From contig JAHRHZ010000166.1 of assembly GCA_024137785.1 (NCBI GenBank), forward strand, positions 1,348,917-1,412,916: 64,000 bases of DNA, in the 5' to 3' direction. Made by a program: the position numbers and the translations under genes. The notes below the pieces were generated by a model. It made no database searches. It worked only from the letters and a program-made list of their open reading frames with translations, and had not been told where the DNA came from. Origin of the DNA: Ginglymostoma cirratum (Eukaryota). Shown piece by piece: positions 1-12,900 of this stretch (within the stretch, counting starts at the first letter, position 1; each line of letters starts with the position of its first letter).

Positions 1-313
1 CTGTCCGTCCTCCCTGGACTGACCTATCTCCTCCCTACCCCCCTACCTACACTCACCTTTACTGGCTCCATCCCCGCCTCTTCGACTTGTCTGCCTCCTC
101 TCCACCTATCCTCTCCTCTATCCATCCTCTATCCACCTCTCCCTCTCTCCCTATTTATTTCAGAACCCTCTTCCCCTCCCCCATTTCTGATGAAGGGTTT
201 AGGCCCGAAACGTCAAGTTTTCCTGCTCCTATGATGCTGCTTGACCTGCTGTGTTCATCCAGCCCCATGCTTGTTATCTCGGATTCTCCAGCATCTGCAG
301 TACCTTTTATCTC
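1..313 (+). mobile_element. Penelope-like element terminal (pLTR) fragment with hammerhead core
   Basis: Near-identical to 8447-8724; CTGATGA..GAAACGTC at 187-214. Confidence 0.8.
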
Positions 314-316
314 AGA

Positions 317-670
317 GGCATAGATATGGTTGGCAGTCAGAATCTTTTTTTGTCCCCAGAGTTGAAATGTCTAATACTCGACAGCATGCATTTAAGGTAA
401 GACGAGAAAAGTTCAAAGGAGATGTGAGGGGCAAGTTTTTTTTTCACACAGAGAGTGGTAGGTGCCTGGAAAGCGCTACCATGGATAGTGGAGGAGGCAG
501 ACACGATAGGGGCACTTATGGGGCTGTTAGATAAGTACATGAATAAACAATGAATGAAGGGATATAGAGCATGGGCACAAAAAGGGCTTAGTTTAATTTG
601 GCGTTCAGCACATCATCTTGGGCCTGTGATTCTGTTCCTGTGCTGTCGTGTTCTATATTCTATGTTCCAT
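317..670 (+). mobile_element. CR1 LINE 3' fragment
   Basis: FKVRREKFKGDVRGKFF ORF2 C-terminus and TTCTATG-type tail. Confidence 0.85.
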
Positions 671-1380
671 GTCATGTACACGCCATTGTCAAATTGATAC
701 TGAGATTCATACCATGAGAATTCAACAAGGAAATCTAATCAAAAGAATCTGGTGACACAATTCAAGAAACATGTTCAAAAATTAATACTGAGAGGTAGTA
801 GGAACTGCCGATGCTGGAGTCTGAGATCACAAAGTGTAGAGCTGGATAAACACAGCAGGCCAGGCAGCATCAGAGGAGCAGGAAAGCTGACGTTTTGGGT
901 CTTCTTTTTCATGGTAGACTGTATTTTGTTGGTTAAAACAAATCAAAAATCACAAAGAAGCGTTGTTATGCAAATTGATCCACACGTATGAGTAAAATGT
1001 ATATCGCCTGAGAAATATTTTCCTCCCAAACTCATCAGTACTTTCACAAAGAAGCTGTTGAAAAACAGAAACAACAGCTTACGTTGATAAAGTAGAGGGT
1101 ATTGATTGATTGGCAAGGATCCTCGGATTGATAGAAGCAATATTTTTTTCCATCGCTTGTCTATTCTTACTCTTGCTGTGACGAGTGTCAGATGGTTAAA
1201 AAACTCCCTCAAAATGTGAACTTATTGCAGAATGCCTAAATTTAAATAATTTCTGGAGGCACTGGCTGCAGTATTTAAATACTCAATGAATATGTATGTT
1301 TATCTGAATGTTTTATGATTCCAGAATTCACCAATAATTGAGTACAAAGGAACTTTCTCCAAATACAGACTTGTGCATGT

Positions 1381-1480
1381 ATCTATCTTCCTATCTACCT
1401 ACCTACCCATCTATCTACCTATCTATCTACATACCTACCCATCCATCCATCCATCCAGCCATTCAACTTTCTATCTATGT
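1381..1480. repeat. (TCTA/CCTA/TCCA)n tetranucleotide microsatellite
   Basis: Directly visible. Confidence 0.85.
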
Positions 1481-1934
1481 ATGAATTTCACAACTTTCAG
1501 TCACGCTGTCTTTGATGGCTGTTAATATTTAAACTATGGAAATTTGTGTTCTGATTCCCTGAAATGTCTTGAAGAATAATTGAATACTGTTAACTGTTAC
1601 TTATGTTTTCACTGTTGCAAGTTTCCAGCTGCACATTTCCGATAAATTCTGTAAAGGGAATAAGACTACAGAAATACAATATTTAGGTAAATAAAGGTCA
1701 TTCTAGATATAATCCAGCTCATGTTGGATAGGGAGGGGACTATCAGGAAGCACTCAATCTGTCGACTACTGGAAAAGAACAGTTGGTTTGCCAAAAAGTC
1801 GATTAAGAAATAATGCTAAGGTCAGGAATAAATAGAAATCATTTCAAGAACAAAGAACAGGAACATTTTACCAGGAAATTCAACTGCGGTAATAAAAGGA
1901 TAGTAAATATGTTGTATGAGACAGATAGATAAAT

Positions 1935-4400
1935 AGAGCACAGAACATAGAACGGTATAACACAGGAATAGCCACTTCAGCCCCACAATGTTGTGCTATC
2001 ATGAAGACAAAGTAAACTAATCTCTTCTGCCTACCTTTGGTCCATATCTCTCCATTCCTTGCATATTCATGTGCTTATCTAAGAGTCCCTTAAATGTGCC
2101 TACCATATCTGCCTCAGCTGCTCCAGGAAAAAACAACCTGAGTTTTTTTTTTCTAGCCGCTTCTTATAGCTCCTACCCTCTAATCCAGCAGCATCCTGGT
2201 AAACCTCTTCTTCACCTTCTCCAAAGCCTCCACATCCTTCCTGTGATGTGGCAATAAGGACTGAATGCAATGCTGTAAGTGTGGCCTAATAAAAGCCTCA
2301 TAAATCTGCAACATGACATCCTGATTCTAGTACTCAATTCCTCGACCAATAAAGGCAAGCACATCTTATGCCTTCTTTACCACCCTATCTACTTGTTTGG
2401 CTACTTTTAGGGACTATTGACATAGACCCCAAGATCCTTTTGCACTGCTGCTCAAGGTCCCATCATTAACTGTGTAAGTTTTCTTAACTTTTGATCTCCC
2501 AAAGTGCAGTAGCTCACACTTACCTGGGTTAAACTCCATCTGCCATTTTTCCATCTACACTGTATCCTTGGGCAACATTCAACACTATCCATAATTCCAC
2601 CAATCTTTGCATCTTCTGCAAACTTACTAACCTACCTATCTGCATTTTCATCAAAGTCATTTACGTGTATCACTAACAGCAGAGGTTCCCGTGCAGATCC
2701 CTGCAGAACACCACTAGTCACGGACCTTCAGCCAGAAAAAAAAAATCATCTGCATTCTACGGGCAAGCAAATCTGAATCCAAGTGGCCAAGTCACCATGG
2801 ATCCCATACATCTTAATCTTCTGGACGATCCTACCATGAGGGGCTCTGTAAAAGACCTTTCTAAAATCCATGTAGACAACATCCAGTGCGATCAGCTTTA
2901 TCATTTTCTGAAATATTCGATCATGTTAGTAAGGCATGACATGCTCTGCACAAAGTCACGCTGACTGTTCCTTATTATGCCATGCTTTTCCAAATGTGCA
3001 TAAATCCTATCTCTAAGAATTCTCTCCAATAGCTTTCCAACCACCAATGTCAGACTCACCAGCCTATACTTTCCTGGATTATCCCAGTTTCCCTTCTTGA
3101 AGAGACCAACAGCATTAGCTACTCACTAGTCCACTGGGACCTCTCCAGTGGTTAGTGAGGATACAAGATCTTGGTCAAGGCCCCATTAATCTCCTCTCTT
3201 GTCTCTTTCAATAACCTGAGGCAAATACTATCGAGCCCTGGGGACTTATCCACCTTAATGCTCTTCAAGAGATCCAACAATACCTCTTTTTTGATCTCAA
3301 AATGCCCCAGTACATTAGCATGCTCCACACAAATCTCACTATCTTCCATATCCTTCTCCTGGGTGAACAGTACTCATTTAGGATCTTGCCCGCATCCTTT
3401 GATTCCTAGCAGAATTTCCCGCCATTATCTTCCCTCCATTATCCTTCCTTCTCTACAGTTATCTTCTTGTTTTTAATGTATGTGTAGAATGCCTTGGGAT
3501 TTTCTTCAAACCTACTTTATTGAAATGTCATTTCATGGCCCCTTCTTCCTCTCCTAATTCCCTGCTTAAGTTCTTTCATGCTTTCTTTATATACCTTACG
3601 GGCCCTGTCAGAGTTTAGCCTACTAAAGCTCATATAAGCTTCTTTTTCCCCTTTCCCCTTTAGGGCGGCACGGTGGCTCAGTGGTTAGCACTGCTGCCTC
3701 ACAGCACCAGGGACCCGGGTTTGATTCCAGCCTCGGACATCTGTCAGTGTGGAGTTTGCACATTCTCCCCGTGTCTGTGTGGGTTTCTTCCCGGTGCTCC
3801 GGTTTCCTCCCACAGTCCAAAGCTGTGCAGGTTAGGTGGATTGGCCATGCTAAATTGCCCGTAGTGTTCAGGGAGGTGTAGGTTAGGTGAGTTGTTGGGG
3901 GGGGTGGGTCTGTGTCTGGGTGGGATGTTCTGAGGTTCAGTGTGGACTTGTTGGGCTGAAGGGCCTGTTTCCACACTGTAGGGATTCTAATTCTAATTCT
4001 AACTAAGCTCACAATCTCCCTCATTGTCCAATTTTCCCGTCTTTGTCCTTCCTCATTACTGGAACATGCCACTCCTGAGCTCTGAGCCACAGGTCTTTAA
4101 ACAACTTCCACATCTCAAACACAAACAAAAATAGGAGTTGCTGCAAAAGCTCAGCAGGCCTGGCAGCACCTGTGAAGGGAAACCAGAGTTAATGTTTTGG
4201 GTCCAGTGACCCTTCCTCTTGCTCGATAACTGCTCCTCCAAATTAGCGCTGCCTATCTCCTGTCTAATACTGACATTGTATGCCCTCCCCAACATTAGTA
4301 CCTTCCCACAAGGTCCTGACATATCCTTATTCATGGCTACCTTAAAACACAAGGAGTCATGATCTCTGGATATCCCATTTCACTAAGAAGTGGTTCATCT
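1935..4400 (-). mobile_element. Decayed CR1 LINE (ORF2/RT) with nested HE1 SINE and PLE fragment
   Basis: KVDKSPGLD..RLLKE motif in ORF 3152-3349; reversed CR1 3' tail at about 1940. Confidence 0.85.
3662..3999 (+). mobile_element. HE1-type tRNA-derived SINE
   Basis: A box TGGCTCAGTGG, B box GGTTTGATTCC, V-domain GTGTGGAGTTTGCACATTCTCCCCGTGTC, and (TTCTA)n tail. Confidence 0.92.
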
Positions 4401-5852
4401 GGTACCACTGCCTTTAACACTCTGTTTATCAATCATTCCTGCTGGCCTTGATCCATACAGAATACAGATTTTCAATGACACAATCAAAGTCTCTGCCATT
4501 GCCTTGAATAAAACACATATCACATCAGTAATTTTGAGAATGATACGAATAATGCTGAGAACGAAAAATACAGTATTATACAAGTTACAGGCGTTACTTT
4601 ACCTGTACCTGCCTCAGGAATGAAACGGACGATATGATACAGTATTCATCTAACAACAATGATCTGATTCGGTTGCACATTAATTAAGATTTGACATGTT
4701 GTCTCCTGATCTTTGATTTGCAAACGGCTGCACTTTGACTATTGTGAAATTTCAACTCAAGTAGAGACTAGGAACCATTTAACTTGACAAGTTAAAACAT
4801 GAAACAGCATTGCAGAAATGTATTTGATTCTCAGCGTTCATGTGATATATATTGCAGATGGACACTGAGAATTGTGTCACTGAGAAAATTTGTTGTTGTT
4901 TCTTCATCCTTGAGCATTCTGTTGAAACAAAATCATTCTGACTCGCTGAACCTTTTCTTGCAGGAGACTTCTGAACAATGGTATGGCCTGTCCATGTCCA
5001 TCCATAGCAAATCCCCATTTCTATCTCAAATTAAAGACACAAAAATTTCTCTCAAAGCACGCACCTCCCCTCCAGCTCACTTTGCTCATCCACATGCACA
5101 CTATGCACACACACACACAAACAAATATACACACATTTAGGCAAACACACACACATTGCCTGCATAACTTTCTTTTTACTGATGTTCCTCAAAGCTTCCG
5201 AGAAACTGAATCATGCCAACATGATTCTGCTGGAAATTTCACTTTTATTTTTAAATTTCTGCAATGCCGTTCACCTTCCCCCAGTCTTATTTATATGTTT
5301 GAAGCCATGGCTCCTGTGCCACCTTTCCACAACATCACCGTTTCTTCTGCCGCCCTTGAGCGTAGAATTGTTCAATCTTGCAGTCAGATTGTGCCTTTTT
5401 CCCTCACCAATTCGAGGTCTTGCCATCCAGCATCGATTTGACGATCCTCCCAAATGTTTGTGTTCTCATATTGTGTCAACTTTTCCTGCATAATGAATGA
5501 ATTGAAAACATTCGAACACAGTAAACATCAAGACTTTAAATTCTAATGCCATACAAAACTCTCAATCATCTCAGATATTCAATCCTTTTTCTGCTGTCTT
5601 TCACCAAAAATATGCGTATATTTGTAACTCTACTTATTCCTGATCTGTGCTCTGGCAATCATAACCTGTGAATGATTGCAATTTTGTCATGTTGTGCACA
5701 GGTCTTAAAACAGCAGGGCCTAAACTCCTCAGTGGCTGCTACAGTCTCCAGTTCTTCGCTTTCATATTTCTCACCCTGGTCTCTTTCCAGTACTTGCCAC
5801 ATTTGTCCGTATTGTTTTGAATCCAGTTGGAAGCAGGCAATCTCTTATTTTT

Positions 5853-6070
5853 TTTAATTCATGCATCAGATTATTCCCCTCATCACCCAACCAGACCAAG
5901 TAAGAACATTAGTGAACCGGACAGTTTTGCCTTTTCCCCCGACAACTGATTCATGGTCATTGTTTTAATTCCAGATTTCAAATACCACTGTCTATCGTGG
6001 CAGGATTTGAATCCAGCTCCCCAGGAGATCACCTGGATTAACAGTCCAGTGATAACGCCATTAGGCCATC
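5853..6070 (-). mobile_element. tRNA-derived SINE (second family)
   Basis: Similar to 26430-26745; B box-like GATTCAAATCC on the minus strand. Confidence 0.6.
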
Positions 6071-6335
6071 ACAATCTTATAAATCACCAAAAGTATATTT
6101 TCGTCTTCATTGAATTTGTTTGCTCTATCGCATCCATCTTCTTCTAGTAATGCTTAATTGTCTTCATTACAAAATTGTTGCTCTGATCTTTTGATTGTGA
6201 TCAACACTCCAATTTACATGGGTGGCACCAGCTTTTATTCTTCATGTGCTAACTCGATCTCCCACCTAATTATCTTTTGTTCACTGTTATTATCGAAATG
6301 GGGGTGTCTTGACTTAAAGCAATCAATGGTATTCC

Positions 6336-6548
6336 TAGATAACAAGGTGCAGAGCTGCATGAACACAGCAGGCCAAGCAGCATCAGAGGAGCAGGAAGGC
6401 TGACATTTCAGGCTAGGCTCGAAACGTCAGCCGCCCGAAACGTCAGCCTTCTTGCTCCTCTGATGCTGCTTGGCCTGCTGTGTTCATTCAGCTCTACACC
6501 TTGTTATCTCAGATTCTCCAGCATCTGCAGTTCCTACTATCACTGAAA
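6336..6548. mobile_element. Short palindromic Penelope-derived element with 12-bp TSD
   Basis: Inverted arms; direct repeat CAATGGTATTCC at 6324-6335 and 6549-6560. Confidence 0.8.
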
Positions 6549-8160
6549 CAATGGTATTCCAAGATTTGAATTCTTGCTAATTAGCCATGTCAACTGGCAA
6601 CATTCCCTACACCCTGGCAGAAATCATGTATACAATCAGAAATACTCCTCCGCCCACAAATTCTTCCCATAATTAGCATAGAACACAAAAGCAAAGCTGA
6701 TGCTTACAGAAATAGATGAACACACATAAGCAACTCAGCCTCCACTAACCTTACACACACGCATGCACTGAAATCAGATTAAAACAAAAGTCACTGCCGC
6801 CATCTTGTATTCATGAACACTGATCACAGGTTAAACACAGCTCTGAACCGGCCATCAGCAGTATGAACTAAAATTCACTTGTACATGTCAGTTCAGAAAA
6901 ATGTCACCACGTCCACCGCAGCTAGAAAGATCGGAGCTCATCACCATAGATGCACCACATAGAAAGTTCACTGAAAATCATTATCCATGAAACAAAGCAC
7001 ACTCACACACACACACGCATGCAGATATTTACAAAAATCAAACCGGCAAAGACCATTAATACTCTCGACACAAACACATATTTGTGCAGACAATGTACTC
7101 ACAGTCTTCATATACTTCCCATATACTCTGATTAGCAAAGACCAGCAACAGTCAGCAAACTGACAGGTCGGCAGAGGTCATCAACATTCATACAAAGATG
7201 TTTGCAGACTCCATATCTCACATTGCGGTAAACATATGGAGACAGCAGAATGCATCAATAAAGACAATGAACCAAACAACTGTGGCTGCTGAACATTTTC
7301 TGCAGCAGCAATTTCTGGAGAAACTCATCATGTTTGGCTACATCTACGAAGAGAATGCAGAGATAATGATTCAACAACAGTGACCCTTCTTCAGAACTGA
7401 TAGTGCTACAAATGCTGAAGACAGGGGATGGGGTGGGGTGAATGAAGTGAGGGTAATACATAGAGTTTGAGCTCAGAGACAGAGAGAACGACAATTAGAC
7501 AGACAAAGACATGGTTGATAGCGGGTCAGGGAAAAAGGAAAATTAACAATAAGGACCATAAGTAGGTGAAAACAGGTTAGATGTGCTGCAAGCAGCCCAT
7601 GTGATGACAGGGCTTCGGATGCGGGTGTGAGAAAAGGACATTGGAGTTGGGGACTAAATGTGGTGTGTCAAAATTTGCAGATGCCACTAAGATGAGTGGT
7701 AGAGCAAAGTGTGCAGAAGACACTGAAAGTCTGCAGAGGGATATAGATAGTCTAAGTGAGTGGCCAAAGGTCTAGTAGATGGAGTACAATGTTGATAAGT
7801 GTGAGGTCATCCATTTTGGTTGGAATAACAGCAAAATGGACTATGTTTTAAGTGGTAAAAAAATTGCAGCACGCGGCTGTGCAGAGGGACTTGGGTGTCC
7901 TTGTGCATGAATCACTAAAACTAGGATTGCAAGTGCAGCAGGTAATTAAAAAGGCAAATGGATTTTTGTCTATCATTGCTGAGGGATGGAGTTTAAAAAT
8001 AGGGAGGCTATGTTGCAGCTGTCTAGGGTCCTGGTGAGGCTGCACCTTGAGTACTGTGTGCAGTTTTGGTCTCCTTACTTGAGAAGGGATATACTAGCAC
8101 TGGAGATGGTGCAGAGTTGACAGGGTTGGATTATGAGGAGAGACTGAGTAGGTTGGGTTT

Positions 8161-8724
8161 CCTCATTCCTCAGATGATATGTCCATCCTGGGCCTCCTGC
8201 AGTGCCACAACGATGCCACCCGAAGGCTGCAGGAACAGCAACTCTTATTTAGCCTGGGAACCCTGCAGCCCAATGGTATCAATGTGGATTTCACAAGCTT
8301 CAAAATCTCCCCTCCCCCAACCGCATCCCAAAACCAGCCCAGCTCGACCCGCCTCCCTAACCTGTTCTTCCTTTCACCTATCCCCTTCTCCCACCTCAAG
8401 CCGCACCCCCATCTCCTACCTACTAACCTCATCCCTCCCCCTTGACCTGTCCGTCCTCCCTGCACTGACCTATCTCCTCCCTGCCTCCCCACCTACACTC
8501 ACCTTTACTGGCTCCATTCCTGCCTTTTTGACTTGTCTGTCTCCTCGCCACCTATCCTCTCCTCTATTCATCTTCTATCCGCCTCCCCCTTTCTCCCTAT
8601 TTATTTCAGAACCCTCTTCCCTCCCCCATTTCTGATGAAGGGTCTAGGCCCGAAACGTCAAGCTTTCCTGCTCCTATGATGCTGCTTGGCCTGCTGTGTT
8701 CATCCAGCTCCATACCTTGTTATC
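8161..8724 (+). mobile_element. Penelope-like element 3' fragment: GIY-YIG C-terminus plus pLTR with hammerhead
   Basis: ORF 8179-8445 (RRLQEQQLLFSLGTLQPNGINVDF) resembles the PLE endonuclease end; TSD TTGGGTTT at 8153-8160 and 8725-8732. Confidence 0.8.
8632..8659 (+). ncRNA. Minimal hammerhead ribozyme core
   Basis: CTGATGA-A-GGGT(CTAG)GCCC-GAAA-C-GTC: both conserved boxes, stem II and a GUC cleavage triplet. Confidence 0.7.
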
Positions 8725-9984
8725 TTGGGTTTATACTCATTGGAATTCAGAAGAATGAGGGGTGATCTTATAGAAACATATCAGATTATGAAGGAAATAT
8801 ATAAGGTAGAGGCAGGGAGGTTGTTTCCACTAGCAGGTGAAACTAGGACTATGGGGAATAACCTCAAAATAAAGGGAAGCAGTTGTAGGACTGAGGTCAG
8901 GAGGAACTGACACCCAAAGGGTTGTCAATCTGTGGAATTCCCTGCCCAGTGAAGCAGTTGAGGGTACCTCGCTGAATGTGTTTAAGGCAAGGCTAAATAA
9001 ATTTTTGAACAGTAAAGGAATTAAGGGCTATGGTGTGCGGGCGGGTAAGAGGAGCTGAGTCTCAAAAAGATCAGCCATGATCTTATTGAATGGCGGAGCA
9101 GGTTTGAGGGGCCAGATGGCCTCCTCCTGCTCCTGGTTCTCATGTTCTTATGTCCTTATGAAAGATAAGTTCATGTTCTAAAGTTATTGAACTTGATATT
9201 GAGTCCTGAAAGCTGCAGCAGCCCCATGTCGAAAAAGAGATGATGTTCCTCCAGCTAGCACTGGCCCACACTGAAAATGGCCCACAGGCAAAAATATTAG
9301 CAAGCGAATACTGTGGCATGTTGAAGTATCAGGCGACTAGAAGCTCAGAGTCAGTTTTGCACACAGAATGTATGTGTTCTTTGCAAAACAGTCAGCCAAT
9401 CTGCATTTCATCTCCCTCATTGAAGAAGAGACTATTATTATTAGTTTTGAACAGAGGATGCTGCAAATCAGAAACAAAAGCAGAAGTTACTGGAAAAGTT
9501 CAGCAGATCTGGTAGCATCTGTGAAGAGAAACCAGAGTTAACATTTCGGGTCCGGTGAGCCTTCCTCAGAACTTGCTGAGGAAAGGTCACTGGATCTGAA
9601 ACTTTAATGCTGATTTCTCTTCACAGCTGCTGCCAGATGTGTTATGCTCTTCCAGCAACTTCTGTTTTTGTATTGAAGATATATCGCTGCTTCACCTAAA
9701 ATCTATATCTGGAGCCTTGGATAGTGAGGAGGGACGAGATAAACAAGAAATTGTCATGGGGAATATGGAGGTGTTCTGAGTAGATGTGGAGTGGAGCAGA
9801 GTGTCCTAGGGGGAGTGTCCTGTGAAATGCTGACAAGGGAGGGGAAGGAAATATGTGCCTGACGGTGACATCCAACTGCAGACGGTGGAGATGGCGGCTT
9901 ATGATTTTTGATGATAACACATCAATAAGCATGTCCAGCAACACAAAATGCAGAAAGCTCAGAACAGACCATTAAAACATCTCA

Positions 9985-12900
9985 TAGAATCATAGATTAA
10001 TTGATTCATACGGCGCAGAAAAGCTGCTTCATCACATCGGGTCCAGACCTTAATAATGACTGTTAAAGGTACACTAATCCAAGTTTCCTGCACTTGGCCA
10101 TGTCATGAATATTCCATTCATAACTTTAATGTTATAATATTTGAAGTGCTCATCCAAATACTACTTAAAGATTGTAAGGTTTCTAACTGTCACTACATCC
10201 CCAGGCAGAGCATTCCAGATTCCAAAACGCCCCTGAACCTCCTGGCCCCTATCCTAAAACTATTGGCCCCTCTATGAAGAGGAACAGCTGCTCCCTATTC
10301 ACCCTGTCTATACCCCTCATAATGTTATACACCTCTATCACCGCCACCCTCTGCTCTAAAGAAAAAAACCTAAGCCCATGGTCAGTGCATTGAGTTTAGG
10401 AATTGAGACGACATGTTGCAGCTGTACAGGACATTGGTATGGTCACTTTAGGGATATTATATTCAATTCTGGTGTCCCTGCTACAGGAAAGATGTTGTGA
10501 AATTTGAAAGCATTCAGAAAAGATTTACAAGGATGTTGCCAGAGTAGGAGATATTGAGCTATAGACAGAGGTTGAATAGGCTGGGGCTACTTTCCCTGGA
10601 TGGTGGGAGACTGAGGGGTGATCTTACAGAAGTTGATAAAACTATGAGAAGCATGATTAGGGCAAATAGTCGAGGTCTATTCCCTAAGGCTAGGGGATTC
10701 TGAAGCTAGAGGGTACAGGTTTAATGTGAGAGGGGAAAGCTTTCAAAGGGACGTCAGGGGCAACATTTTCATGCAGAGGGTGGTCCATATATGGAATGAC
10801 CTGGCAGAGGAATTGTTGGAGGCTGGTATAATTACAACATTCAAAAGGCATCTGGATGGGTATATGAACAGGAAGGGTTTAGAGGGATATGGGACAAATG
10901 GTGGTAAATGGGGCTACACTAATTTAGGATATCCAGTCAGCATGGATGATCTGGACTGAAGGATCTGTTTCCGTGCTGTACAGTTTTATGATTCTATGAC
11001 ACTATCTAGGCTCTCCTTTTCACTCAATTTCTCCATCCTATGCAACATCCTGATGAACTTCCACTGTACCTCTTCTAGCTCTATCACATCCTTTCTGTAA
11101 TGAGGTGACCAGAACTGTGCACGTTACTCCAGCTGTGTTCTGACCAACAGTCAGTACAACTCCTCCTCGCTCTTACACTCTGTGCCATGACTGATGAAAG
11201 CAATTGCCCCATATGGCTTCTCAATTATCTTACTCATATACTCTGCAAACTTTACAGAATTGTGAATAGTTACTCCAAGATTCCTCTGTCCCTCTAAGCT
11301 ACCCAGTGTCCCACAATTCATTAAATACTCCCTCATCTGGTTTCTTCTTCCAACGTGCATTATCTCGTACTCATTAGGTTTAAACACCAGTTACCACCGC
11401 TCTGCCCATCCGATCAACCCATTTATACTATCCTGTAACCTACAACCATCTTCTACACGATTAACTACTGTTGGTGCTATCTGCAAATTTGCTTAACATA
11501 CCACTCACATTTCCACCTATTTCATTTATGTGTATAACAAACAATAACAACCCCAGTATTGATCCTTGTTGTGTACCACTGGACACTGGCCTCCAGTCAC
11601 TAAAATAGTCACTTTTACTACTATCTATTGCAAAGTAAGTTTCTGATCCATCTCGCCCAGTTTCCCTCAATTCCATGTGATTTAACCTTCTCTCCCATGT
11701 TGGACTTTGTCAAATGTTTTGCTAAAATCCATATAAATTACATCAACTAAACTTCCCTCGTCCAAACACTTGAATACAATTTTAAACAATTCCAGCAAAT
11801 TTTTTAGGCATGATCTCCCTCTGGCAAAGCCATGCTGACTATCCCTAAATAACCCTTGCCTTTCCAAGTAGGTATTAATTCAATCCTTCGGAATTTTTTC
11901 CAATAGTTTTCCTACCACTGAAGTGGCACTCACCATTTCTGCTATTGACTGGGTCATCTCTATCACACTCCTTAAAACATGAAAGCACATTTGCCATCCT
12001 CTAGTCCTCCGGCACTTCCCCCGTGGCCTGAAAGGAATTAAAAATTGTTTCAGAGCTCCTGCAATCTCCTGCCTCCTCTCCCACCACAGTCTGGGCTGCA
12101 ATTCATCAACGCCAAGGGATCTGTCTGTTCTTCAGCCTGACAAAACTTCCAGAGCTTCCCATTTTCTATGTCAAACTATGCAATCCCTCACAATCCATTT
12201 TCCTGAATTACTTACTGATGTCATGCTTTTCCAAAGTGAAATCAGAAGAGAATTATTCATTTAACACCTTCCCATTATCCTGTGGCTTCATACACAGATT
12301 GCTCCTCAGTCCTGAATAGAACCTACTCTTTGCCTGGTTAACCTCTTCCCTCTAATGTATAAATAAATATCTTCATATTCTCCATGTTTGCAAGTCCTTT
12401 TCATTGTCCCCTTTTTGTTCTTCAAATTTCTTTCTTAAATTCCCTCCTATGCTTCCCATATTCTTCGAGGGGCATAATTGAATTGCTCCCTCTGGGCTTG
12501 CAAAATGCTACTCTTCTTCCTTATCCAGTCCTGAATTGTCTTAGCCATCAAGGGTTTTCTGAAATTATTGTCCTTAAGTTTCCCTCTGCCGGGCACATAT
12601 ACTCACCTGTACCTGTATTCACCCTAGCTCCATTTTGAATGCCCTCTATTGCTCTGCTGTAAACTTACCCACAAGGAACTGTTTTCAGTCTCATGCGGAC
12701 AGATCATGCTTTAAATTAATGATATCTGCCTTCATCAAGTCCAAATCTTCTTTCTTTTTAAGGCTATCTTTTTCCTCGTCCTGAACAATTTTAAAAGTAT
12801 TGTGTTCTGGTTGTTATTGCTAAAATGGTCCCCCACTGCCACATCAAACACTTGTCTGTCCTCTTTCCCCAGATCCAGCACTTTGCCATCCCTTGGACCT

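Larger units (their letters stand above)
7655..9160 (+). mobile_element. CR1 LINE 3' part (interrupted at 8161-8724)
   Basis: KFADATK, QRDLGVLVH, LEYCVQFWSP and RRMRGDLIETY motifs. Confidence 0.88.

Noticed and set aside
968-975. Octamer ATGCAAAT (Ig promoter motif)
   Set aside because: No leader or V exon nearby; an 8-mer is expected by chance in 64 kb.
3669-3735. tRNA gene
   Set aside because: The A/B boxes belong to the SINE head; there is no full cloverleaf or terminator.
3623-4090. Recurrent ORFs such as MAQWLALLPHS.. and METGPSAQQVH.. suggesting a gene family
   Set aside because: All are translations of HE1 SINE copies.
4395-4583. ORF with TCR-alpha-like TM pattern (IIRIILK)
   Set aside because: The R-K spacing differs, the splice context is not coherent and no Ig exons are nearby.
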